A stretch of 64,000 bases of DNA, taken from an uncultured Pseudomonadales bacterium (GTDB lineage: Bacteria; Patescibacteriota; Microgenomatia; UBA1400; PJMF01). The position numbers and the translations under genes are program-made. How positions within the stretch are numbered: the stretch's first letter is position 1; every line of letters starts with the position of its first letter. This document shows, one piece after another, positions 51,579 to 59,795 of this stretch. The stretch covers positions 57,752-121,751 of the forward strand of contig CAZMXT010000002.1 of the NCBI GenBank assembly GCA_964570365.1, written 5' to 3'. Below the pieces are notes generated by a model, which did not search any database, was not told the origin of the DNA, and was given only the letters and a program-made list of their open reading frames with translations.

Positions 51579-51613
51579 GAAGGGGCAATACAGATTCACT
51601 ATATTGCCCCTTC
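51579..51613. other. Intergenic 12-bp perfect-stem hairpin
   Basis: GAAGGGGCAATA-N11-TATTGCCCCTTC; no U-tract on the coding (minus) strand. Confidence 0.6.
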
Positions 51614-51636
51614 CGTCTTGTTTAAGGTGGTCTACC

Positions 51637-51891
51637 TTATTGGGCCCTTCGCAGCATTCTGGCAGCCGCTACTACTAACACAGCTCCAATAACGGCAACG
51701 ATGAGGCTGTAGAGGTTGAATCCTGTTACGCCTGATTGGCCAAAGAAGTTCATTGCAAAGCCCCCTACAATCGCCCCTACAATTCCCAGGACAATGTCTC
51801 CGACTGGTCCTTGGCTACCGTTGCTTTTCATTAGAATTGATGCAACCCAGCCAGCAATTGCTCCAAAAATGATCCAGAGAATAATGTTCAT
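51637..51891 (-). CDS. GlsB/YeaQ/YmgE stress-response membrane protein
   Basis: WIIFGAIAGWVAS..M, DIVLGIVGAIVGG, GFNLYSLIVAVIGA. Confidence 0.93.
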   Translation of the reverse strand: MNIILWIIFGAIAGWVASILMKSNGSQGPVGDIVLGIVGAIVGGFAMNFFGQSGVTGFNLYSLIVAVIGAVLVVAAARMLRRAQ

Positions 51892-51972
51892 ATGTTGCTC
51901 CTCCTTATAAATTGTTAATTAGGATCTGTGTTCTATTCTCATCATTATCAGTGATAACAGTGTGAAGCTTAG

Positions 51973-51989
51973 GTAAGAGGAACGTAAGA
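51973..51989. promoter_or_regulatory. Putative response-regulator box
   Basis: GTAAGA-ggaac-GTAAGA upstream of the YmgE-like gene. Confidence 0.55.
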
Positions 51990-52005
51990 ATATGGATGAG
52001 CTATC

Positions 52006-52374
52006 TTAACTCAGCCATTTTTGGACCTTAACAATAAATTCATCTGGAAGGACATCGCTCTTAATAAGAAAATCTGAAACTCCTAATTGAGCTGCTTTTT
52101 CAAAAATACTTTCCTGATCTAAGTTAGTTAACAGAATTATTATGGGTAATTTTTTTATTTTTCTTTTCCGAAGAGAAGCTAATAGCTCTAAACCATCCTT
52201 CTGGGGCAGCATTACATCCAATAAAACTAGGTCGTAGGTATTTTTAATAATCTTTTTGAGTCCTAGCATGCCATTCCCAACTCCCTCCACCCGAAAACCT
52301 GCTTTTTTGAGCAGAAAAATATATAACTCCAGTAGAGCTGGTTCATCCTCAATAATCAGTATTTTTGAATCCAT
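52006..52374 (-). CDS. Single-domain response regulator (receiver)
   Basis: ILIIEDE, YDLVLLDVMLP..DG, LLTNL, FLIKS. Confidence 0.93.
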   Translation of the reverse strand: MDSKILIIEDEPALLELYIFLLKKAGFRVEGVGNGMLGLKKIIKNTYDLVLLDVMLPQKDGLELLASLRKRKIKKLPIIILLTNLDQESIFEKAAQLGVSDFLIKSDVLPDEFIVKVQKWLS

Positions 52375-52377
52375 AAT

Positions 52378-54510
52378 TTAATTTACCGGTAATTGAATTG
52401 AAAAAGATGTACCTGATTTTTTTGAAGAAGTCACCTGAATGCTTCCACTATGTAGCTGAATAATTTGCTGGGAAATATACAGCCCCAATCCTGTTCCTGA
52501 GTTGACCATTTTTTGATAAGAATGCTCAATTCTACTGAACTTCTGAAAAAGCTTTTGTTGATCTTTTTTATTAATACCCGGACCACTGTCTATAACTTTA
52601 ATACCTACTATGAGGCTCATATGGCTTACTTCCACACTTACCTTTCCATTTACTGGAGTAAACTTCAGAGCATTCCCGATAATATTTTGCAGAACTTCCC
52701 GTATTTTTTCCTGATCAGCAATAATATTTACTTTTTTGGTTGTTGGGTTGAAAATGAAGCGTATTTTTCTCTCATCTGCCTTTACTTGGAGTTCTTCTTT
52801 TACTTGAGATATAAGATGTATTACATTAAAACTTTTCAATTTCAGTCCGAAATGATTTCCCTCTATTCTAGAAATCATCAACATGTTTTTTACAAGATGA
52901 ATCAGTCTTTCAGATGACGCGTAAGCAATCTCTAAATGCTGTCGAACCTCATTTGAAAGAGTTGAGGATCCTTGAAGAGACAGCCAAAGATAACTCTTAA
53001 TTGCAGTTAAAGGAGTTCGCAGCTCATGGGAAGCGATAGTAACAAACTCGTCCTTCAATCGATCTAATTGTCTTAGGGTAGCGTTGGTCTTTTGCAACTT
53101 TCGAGTCGCTCGAGCCACTTCCTGCTCCAGTTTTTGATTAAAGGTTGAAATTTCGTCGTAAGAAAGAGCATTTTTCACTGCAATCGAGAGTTGAGGACAC
53201 AAAATTTCTAAGACACTTAGGTCTTCTAAAGTGAAGTCATCACCAGACGATTTTTCTCCTAGAAATAAAGTGCCCATTAATTTCTCCCCAACTCTTAGAT
53301 CCAAGGCGGCCATTAGCCCATATTTTCTAGCCATTTCCTTTCCATCTGATTCTGGAACTTCACTAAAAAGCAGTATTTTCCTTACAGAAGAAAAATCCGA
53401 ACTCAACAAATAGAATCTTTTCTCAGCTTCTCTAGTAAGGTTTTTTTTATCGGTGCTGAAAACAGCATTCTGACTACCTGGTATAACCAAAGTTAAGGAG
53501 CTAAACTTCATTTCCTGTTGAAGCTTTTTGAGGAACAAAGAAATAAGTTCCTGAAGGACAATATTGGTGGAAGCAATATGAGCCAGTTCATGCAGTAACT
53601 TTCGAGCATCATACGCGTTCCGGAAAAAAACTTTTTCTGTTAATTTTTCGATGAATCGCCTAAGTGGCTGGAAAGTAAGTGCCGCAAATACGGAAACGAT
53701 CACCCCATAAACTACATCTACTGTATCGCGCTGCTGTTCTGTAAAAAATTCTCCTAAGAGAAAAAGTCCTCCAATATAGAGCAGCGCAACTGTAGACATA
53801 AAGAATAGATACCCGAACGAGCGAACAATAACAAATTTAATATCCAGCAAACGATGTTTGACAATCGCATAAGTCAGAAATATAACCAGAATGAGTGAAA
53901 AGCTTGGACCCAAAGCAACCATGCTTAAGTTATTCCAAACTACTACTGCAAGAAAGTTAGTAGAAAAACCCAATGCTACAGTCAAAATCAAACCCAGCAC
54001 TACAAAGAAAACTTGAGCTTTCTGCCTTCCCATTGAGTTTCTATACTTTGAAACTAAACTTAAAAATGCAGCCAGACTAAGCATGGAAAAGTTCAAGCCA
54101 TAAAGGGCAGCAGCAGGGCCGGGTGTTAAGCTAGGTTTCCCACCTACAAAGCTGTAGCTAGAAAACATTAACGACGTGGGCGTTAATAGCAGAACGCATG
54201 CTGTTACCGCTGTAAGAAAGACTAACAATACTCTGTTTACTTTTTCAGGTTTATTAGGAAAAAAGTAAGCAATCAGAAAAAAAACCAGTGGAATTGGAGT
54301 AGTAACAAACATTACTGCTCGCACCCAAAATAAGCGTTGAGCTGCATCAACAGGCAATAACGAGCAGGTATTTGCAACTGTCCACAAGGTCAGCAGAAGT
54401 ATAAAAATCACTACCAAAATATTTACTGGATGTCTTCTATTTCTGAGAAAAACTAAAGTAGCTAAACAAAGATTAGTAACAATAGTAATGACTGCAATGT
54501 AGATAATCAT
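52378..54510 (-). CDS. Multi-TM (HisKA_7TM-like) GAF histidine kinase
   Basis: About 8-9 TM helices, YAIVKHRLLDI, GAF-like LGEKSSGDDFTLEDL, ASHELRTPL, NALKFT, GTGLGL; ATG 54510 overlaps upstream stop. Confidence 0.93.
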   Translation of the reverse strand: MIIYIAVITIVTNLCLATLVFLRNRRHPVNILVVIFILLLTLWTVANTCSLLPVDAAQRLFWVRAVMFVTTPIPLVFFLIAYFFPNKPEKVNRVLLVFLTAVTACVLLLTPTSLMFSSYSFVGGKPSLTPGPAAALYGLNFSMLSLAAFLSLVSKYRNSMGRQKAQVFFVVLGLILTVALGFSTNFLAVVVWNNLSMVALGPSFSLILVIFLTYAIVKHRLLDIKFVIVRSFGYLFFMSTVALLYIGGLFLLGEFFTEQQRDTVDVVYGVIVSVFAALTFQPLRRFIEKLTEKVFFRNAYDARKLLHELAHIASTNIVLQELISLFLKKLQQEMKFSSLTLVIPGSQNAVFSTDKKNLTREAEKRFYLLSSDFSSVRKILLFSEVPESDGKEMARKYGLMAALDLRVGEKLMGTLFLGEKSSGDDFTLEDLSVLEILCPQLSIAVKNALSYDEISTFNQKLEQEVARATRKLQKTNATLRQLDRLKDEFVTIASHELRTPLTAIKSYLWLSLQGSSTLSNEVRQHLEIAYASSERLIHLVKNMLMISRIEGNHFGLKLKSFNVIHLISQVKEELQVKADERKIRFIFNPTTKKVNIIADQEKIREVLQNIIGNALKFTPVNGKVSVEVSHMSLIVGIKVIDSGPGINKKDQQKLFQKFSRIEHSYQKMVNSGTGLGLYISQQIIQLHSGSIQVTSSKKSGTSFSIQLPVN

Positions 54511-55736
54511 TGATTGTTGGATAGTTGTTGAAAGAATTGTTCTGCAACCACACAAGCCGCCGCTACGCTCAAGCTTTGAGGGATGGGTGGTTTCTTTTTA
54601 AAGTACACACCGTGAATAGTTTCTCCCACTACAGTTGTAGGTTGAATACTATTCGGTTCACTAATAATTTTTACTGGCAATCCGTGTTTTCTCAGCACGC
54701 GGTGAAGAGCCGGCTGAGTATTAAATATTTCATGACTTACATCAGGCCAATTTCGAGCAATTCCTTCATGGATAATCATCATTAAACTTGCACTCACAGT
54801 CGCCCTATCAGCTTCAGAAGCAACTTGTTTGAGTAAATCTGCCGACACTACATTAAGCCGTGTAATCTCAGCTAAAGAACTTTCCGGAAGATCAGCAAGC
54901 TCCTCTCCATCTTGGTTGTAAGCAAAACTGAGAGCGGCTTGAGTTGGTAAAGAGCTCAAAAGACTAGGATGAATTTGGGGAGCTCCAGCCTCAATCTTGG
55001 TTTCTCTTAGGGATTTTTCCCCACTTCCACGCATGGCGCCCATTGAACCTACTATGTACTTTTTGCCCTGATGTGAAGCAATAACTAGTGCCACCAAGTA
55101 GTCGTCTCGAAAAGAATGCATCATTGCTAGAAGTAACTCAGCTTCTAGTTGCTGGCGGTAGCGGAGTTGCAGCCGTTCGTAATTTTTTCCAGTGACTTTT
55201 TTCCCTGATGCACTTAGAGTACCTAATGCTATTTTTTCGGCTACTTCAGAGGTTTGGAGGAGTTCTCTAGCATATATATGGGTTGACATATCAACGATTT
55301 GAGCAATAAATCCTAAGTTTAAAAATTGAATTAGTCCGCACCACAAGCTTAAATTTTGGCCATCTATCTCTACTTGAATTGCACTTTCTGAAATACTTTT
55401 ATAGTCGGGATCCTTATTTACATACCAATAAGCTTTATCATAAAAATGATAAGTAGGTAGACTTACAATACTCAGAGGGTGGGAACTCTCGTAATACAAC
55501 TCCTGATGAAGAGCAAAAATATGTGCCATACTTTCTAGCTCCAGTGATTTTAGTCCCGGAGATCTAAACCTTTCTATTTCTCTAATAACACTCCTAACTT
55601 TCTTAGTAATTTTTTGTTTCTCAAGATCTACTACTAACCTCATACTTTCAAGATAATTAACATCTTCTAGACCATACAAAGTTGTTTGTCCTTCAGTTCC
55701 AGATCCATCTATTAATCTTTTTCCTTCTCTTAACAT
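54507..55736 (-). CDS. Hypothetical protein with C-terminal LuxI/FeeM-like GNAT-fold N-acyltransferase domain (putative)
   Basis: IVGSM.AMRG, SLPT, LAEITRLNV, FNTQPALHRVLRKHGLPVKII; TATAAT and AGGAG upstream of ATG 55736. Confidence 0.55.
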   Translation of the reverse strand: MLREGKRLIDGSGTEGQTTLYGLEDVNYLESMRLVVDLEKQKITKKVRSVIREIERFRSPGLKSLELESMAHIFALHQELYYESSHPLSIVSLPTYHFYDKAYWYVNKDPDYKSISESAIQVEIDGQNLSLWCGLIQFLNLGFIAQIVDMSTHIYARELLQTSEVAEKIALGTLSASGKKVTGKNYERLQLRYRQQLEAELLLAMMHSFRDDYLVALVIASHQGKKYIVGSMGAMRGSGEKSLRETKIEAGAPQIHPSLLSSLPTQAALSFAYNQDGEELADLPESSLAEITRLNVVSADLLKQVASEADRATVSASLMMIIHEGIARNWPDVSHEIFNTQPALHRVLRKHGLPVKIISEPNSIQPTTVVGETIHGVYFKKKPPIPQSLSVAAACVVAEQFFQQLSNNQ

Positions 55737-55985
55737 TTTTTCTCCTATGTGGAAGATTATAGCTTGATAGATCAATACTTCACTGATGTGTAGATTTTAT
55801 CCAGTCCTCAGTATTAAGATTATTCCGCAATTGTTAAATATTTATTAACTCTGAGAATGAGCTCTAGTGCCCTTTTAACTCAAATTGGTGTGAATTGGAA
55901 GGCCGTGAGAGTTGAAAAAAGTAAAGAACTTGAAGGCTCTGCCGGACTTCCCGCATGAGCAGCATAAAAGGTAGGATTAACCTAA

Positions 55986-56369
55986 CTACATACTCAATAA
56001 GAATGCGAGTACTTTGGGTAAAAAGATAATTCCGGCAATAATGGCTGCTGTGACTGCTACTGAGAGAACTGCCCCAGCAGCTATATCGCGAGCACGTCCG
56101 GCTGCAACATATGGAAGACCTAGATCATCCCGCAAACGGTCACAGATCTCTTCAATTGCGGTATTAAAAAGTTCAGCACTGATGACTACACCAAATAGCA
56201 AAATAACAATAATCCATTCGACGGATGAGATTCGGAAAAAAACGCTGAGAATAACGATTATTACCACAGCAGTAATATGAATCTTCATATTCCGCTCTTC
56301 AAAGCCACTGACTAACCCCTTAAAGGCGTAGACAAATCCCATTAAAAAATGACGCAAGAAACTCATCAT
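55986..56369 (-). CDS. Diacylglycerol/undecaprenol kinase family (DgkA)
   Basis: EERNMKIH, SAELFNTAIEEICD, ARDIAAGAVL. Confidence 0.92.
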   Translation of the reverse strand: MMSFLRHFLMGFVYAFKGLVSGFEERNMKIHITAVVIIVILSVFFRISSVEWIIVILLFGVVISAELFNTAIEEICDRLRDDLGLPYVAAGRARDIAAGAVLSVAVTAAIIAGIIFLPKVLAFLLSM

Positions 56370-56412
56370 GATCTCCGTTTATTCTCTAGCTGTGTAACTG
56401 TATCATAAAAAA

Positions 56413-57570
56413 TCACAGGCTTGGAGAAGGACTAGCTGAGGCAGAAGCCGCAGGCTCCGTAATCGGAGCGACCAGTTGGGTGCTAACCCATTCATGAACT
56501 CCCTGCCAATTTCCCACCCCATCTTTGGCAACTAAGATACTTTGCCCATTTGCGCTGCGGGATAACATTAAGGCATTGTCTTCGGTTAATGCGAAACTGT
56601 GGATACTAAAGCCACGTAATTCGTCCTTATAACGCAAAAACATCTGCATGTCAGCTAGAGTTAAATCAGTGGTCAGATCATTCGATAAACTTGAGATAAA
56701 AGGAAGTACTTTAGGGAAAAAATCTAGACTAAAGACCCGCTCTTTGACCGCCAATAAAAGATTCCGCTGACGTGCAGCTCGACCGAAGTCAGTTCCATCT
56801 TGAGCGGAGTGGCGAGACCGAACATACTTCAGCGCTGTTTCTCCACTCATTAATGTTCGACCTCTATCAAAGTGAAGTTGCTCATAGCGACAGGGAAGCT
56901 CTTTCTCGGCTATGCTCGCGGAAACGGTTGCCAGAGCCTTAAGCTCTTCATCTGTCTTGCCGCAGGGGTCAGTTTCTTTTCCTTCAATTGGGTAAAGAAA
57001 ATCGTCAAAGGTTTTCTCTACATTGACGTTAACGCCTCCTAGAACATTAACCGAGCGTTTGAAGCCGTGAAAATTCAAAGCTACAAAGTTATCTATTTCT
57101 AATCCTGTCACCTGATTTACAGCATACTTGGCTAGCTCACCTCCACCAGCTTCTCCGGTATACCGGGCCGGCTTGAACCTGTAACTCCGATCATCTGCCC
57201 CATTTGCGTAGGCAGCATTGATTTTCCAAGAGCTGTTCTGCTCAGGAGTTAATGGTAGAGACACCCATAAATCTCGAGGTAAGGAAATAAGAGTGATACT
57301 TTTTTTCTCTGGCCAGATGTGCACCACCATCATCGAGTCTGTCAGCTTCCCACCTTCATGGGCTCCACCCCCATATCCAAGCAAAATGAAGGCATACGGT
57401 AAGGCATTATTAAAGCTGTCTACTGGAGTATGAGCAGGCGTAAGCGCCGAATCCCTGTCTTGAGTATTTGGCTGCACCGAAATTTTTTGGAAATTTCCAT
57501 ATAAGAAAAATCCAAATCCCATACTGAGAGAAACCAGACCTAGCAGAATGAGGATTAAAACTTTTTTCAC
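56413..57570 (-). CDS. LCP (LytR-CpsA-Psr) family protein
   Basis: LTDSMMV, SLPRDLWV, KINAAY, ALKYVRSRH, DFGRAARQ; start GTG 57570. Confidence 0.93.
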   Translation of the reverse strand: MKKVLILILLGLVSLSMGFGFFLYGNFQKISVQPNTQDRDSALTPAHTPVDSFNNALPYAFILLGYGGGAHEGGKLTDSMMVVHIWPEKKSITLISLPRDLWVSLPLTPEQNSSWKINAAYANGADDRSYRFKPARYTGEAGGGELAKYAVNQVTGLEIDNFVALNFHGFKRSVNVLGGVNVNVEKTFDDFLYPIEGKETDPCGKTDEELKALATVSASIAEKELPCRYEQLHFDRGRTLMSGETALKYVRSRHSAQDGTDFGRAARQRNLLLAVKERVFSLDFFPKVLPFISSLSNDLTTDLTLADMQMFLRYKDELRGFSIHSFALTEDNALMLSRSANGQSILVAKDGVGNWQGVHEWVSTQLVAPITEPAASASASPSPSL

Positions 57571-57592
57571 TTCGGAGAAGGAGTATAGCAAA

Positions 57593-57970
57593 TTATAGGT
57601 ATGGTGTTCCGACTTTCTCTGCCACTTTGATGAGTAACTCTTCCATCTCGAAAGGCTTAGCAATAAAATCATCTGCCCCAGCATCAAAAGCTGATTGCTT
57701 TACGTCTCGACTAGCTGAGATCAAGATAATAGGTAAATCTTTGGTATGCTGCTGGGAACGAAGCACTCGGCAAATTTCCCTGCCATCTTCTCCTGCCATC
57801 CAAATATCCAGTAAGACCAGATCGGGTAAGATTGATTCTTTCTTAGAAGAAGCAAGCACCTTTTTTCCATTCGTGACCACGTCTACATCATATCCAGCAT
57901 CTTCAAGAACAATCTGAATTACGTCTAATATAGCAGTATCATCATCGGCCACCAGAATCCTTTTCTTCAT
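57593..57970 (-). CDS. Single-domain response regulator, paralog of 50867-51226
   Basis: ILVADDD, PDLVLLDIWMAGEDG, GADDFIAKPFEMEE. Confidence 0.93.
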   Translation of the reverse strand: MKKRILVADDDTAILDVIQIVLEDAGYDVDVVTNGKKVLASSKKESILPDLVLLDIWMAGEDGREICRVLRSQQHTKDLPIILISASRDVKQSAFDAGADDFIAKPFEMEELLIKVAEKVGTPYL

Positions 57971-58006
57971 AGAAGAATATAGCTTAGAAGAGAAAAAACA
58001 ATCTCC

Positions 58007-58035
58007 CGTGTGGAAAGCGTAAGAAAGACGTGAGA
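58007..58035. promoter_or_regulatory. Putative response-regulator box, three half-sites
   Basis: CGTGTGG-aaag-CGTAAGA-aaga-CGTGAGA at exact 11-bp period upstream of the receiver gene. Confidence 0.55.
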
Positions 58036-58632
58036 AAATACTCTAATACCAAAAGACAATCCTCAATATCCCAGAAACCTGCCCTTAGTATCAAGGCCGC
58101 GAAAAAGCTTTCGCAACGCGGAATATCAAAGAACAGAAAGACCTATTCCCACCAAGCTATATAAGATTGGTGAATTACTGTTTCTGGCTTAGCGCTCAGT
58201 GGTGACCAAATCGGCCATGACACTTCTCTGGTACATGGCATTCCAAACGTCGCGGTACTCCCCACAGAGATAGATGTGCCTCACCCTCTAGAACACACAG
58301 ATCTATATACCCGTATTATTCAAGCGGGTGAAGGGTACCCAGGCAATGTCATTCTTTCTGAATACGGACCTAAAGAGTTGGTAGCCATGAGTCCTAAGTA
58401 CTATGATCGTAATCGCATAACTACCTGGATGAGTGGAGTTGTGCTGACGCATGGGATTGAACGAGCAAATAGTGGAGCAATCCACTCAGTGATACTGGCC
58501 AGGCATGCACAAATTCCGGTCTTTTTTATTGCAGGAACCGTTTCTCAAGATGCAGCAGCAAAGCTGGCAATGCTAGGAGCGGGAGCAGTGAACTCACCTG
58601 ACCAAATGGTTGAACTGCTTCAGAAAAAGTAA
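58034..58632 (+). pseudogene. Degenerate DprA/Smf-like (SLOG) gene, frameshifted near 58170
   Basis: Frame from 58174: ITVSGLALSGDQIGH..VAVLP..LSEYG..DRNRI..SGAIHS..VFFIAG; upstream frame KDNPQYPRNL..PTKLYKIG. Confidence 0.65.
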
Positions 58633-58703
58633 TCTGCTATGCAGATTGACATTTAAAAGCTCCTGCCCCATACTACCGACTCTCATAAGTAGTAGATACA
58701 CAT

Positions 58704-59126
58704 ATGGTTGAGCTTTTAGAAAACAAACAAGACGCAAAAGACTCTCTTGACTCACTTTTTAGAAAAGTGAGAGAAATGTTGATTCCTACTGATAACAAAG
58801 AAGAAGTCATTGAGTCCGAAAGTTTTACTCAGTGGATGGACTGTATTACCCTGCAGTATTTTGCCAGTATTGACGATGATAACAGTGAGGGAGAACAATT
58901 ACTTGAGTTCAAACGTGCTATGTAAATGACAGATTTTCTAGTAACGGGCTTAAAAGATCCTGAAGAAATAGAAAGCTATTTCCGAGAAATCCTCGCTCTC
59001 TTATTCACATTTATGGATTGTAACCCAGTGGTCTCAATCGATCTACTTTACAAAAAATTAGACTGCATTTGGGACAGAATAGTTATTACTGTTGAGAGTA
59101 AATGGGCCAAGGCTTTACCCCAATAA
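58704..59126 (+). CDS. Hypothetical protein(s): two abutting in-frame ORFs 58704-58925 and 58926-59126
   Basis: ATG TAA ATG junction in one frame; both parts acidic and helical. Confidence 0.45.
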
Positions 59127-59129
59127 TTA

Positions 59130-59777
59130 TCACTTCCTCAGCATCTTAAAGGCATGATTCCAAGTATTATTCTTGGCTCCATAGTAGACCCAGAGGATAC
59201 ACAACGGCTCAGTAATTCTCGATTGTTCTATTCCACCTAGATCAGTAATATTCTTCCAACCAAAGTCGCGGAGCAGCTGAGTGACTAGTTGCTTGGCACC
59301 TTCATCATTACCACAGAGCAGCATGTCAGGATCCCCTTCTTCAAAACTTGGGCTGACCATCATTGGGTTCCCCACAATATTGAGCGTCTTGACTATCTTC
59401 GCCTCTGGGAGCTGAGCCTGTAGTTGCTCCCCACCTGATGTGGTAAATCCTACCGCAAGTGTAGGGAGTGGGCCGTGAGAGAAATCTAATGGATTAGTCA
59501 CATCAATGACAACTTTATTGGCAAAGTTCTTCGGCTCAGCAAGCGTAATAGCCTGAGAATTTTGAACTCCTTTGGTGGCAACGACTAACAGCTCTCCAAA
59601 GACCGCTGTTTCTGAAAAAGTTCCCGTCGAGGCAAGCTCTCCCTGAGACTTGGTCCAGTGCTTTAATTTTTCACTCTCAGGATCCCGAGACCCAATCTTC
59701 ACCTGATGACCAAGGCCAATAAAACCTTTACCCAACGCTTGTCCAACATCTCCCGAACCAATAATGCCTATTTTCAT
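59130..59777 (-). CDS. NADPH-dependent F420 reductase-like oxidoreductase (F420_oxidored family)
   Basis: MKIGIIGSGDVG, GSRDP, VIDVTNPL, KIVKTLN, DLGGIEQSR. Confidence 0.88.
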   Translation of the reverse strand: MKIGIIGSGDVGQALGKGFIGLGHQVKIGSRDPESEKLKHWTKSQGELASTGTFSETAVFGELLVVATKGVQNSQAITLAEPKNFANKVVIDVTNPLDFSHGPLPTLAVGFTTSGGEQLQAQLPEAKIVKTLNIVGNPMMVSPSFEEGDPDMLLCGNDEGAKQLVTQLLRDFGWKNITDLGGIEQSRITEPLCILWVYYGAKNNTWNHAFKMLRK

Positions 59778-59795
59778 ATGCTCGATTCTAACAGA

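Noticed and set aside
55864-55965. 33-codon minus-strand ORF (MLLMREVRQ...) upstream of the acyltransferase as a signalling peptide; GGGAAGTCCGG resembling RNase P RNA
   Set aside because: No SD, signal sequence or peptide motif; the gap is too short and lacks the other conserved RNase P elements.
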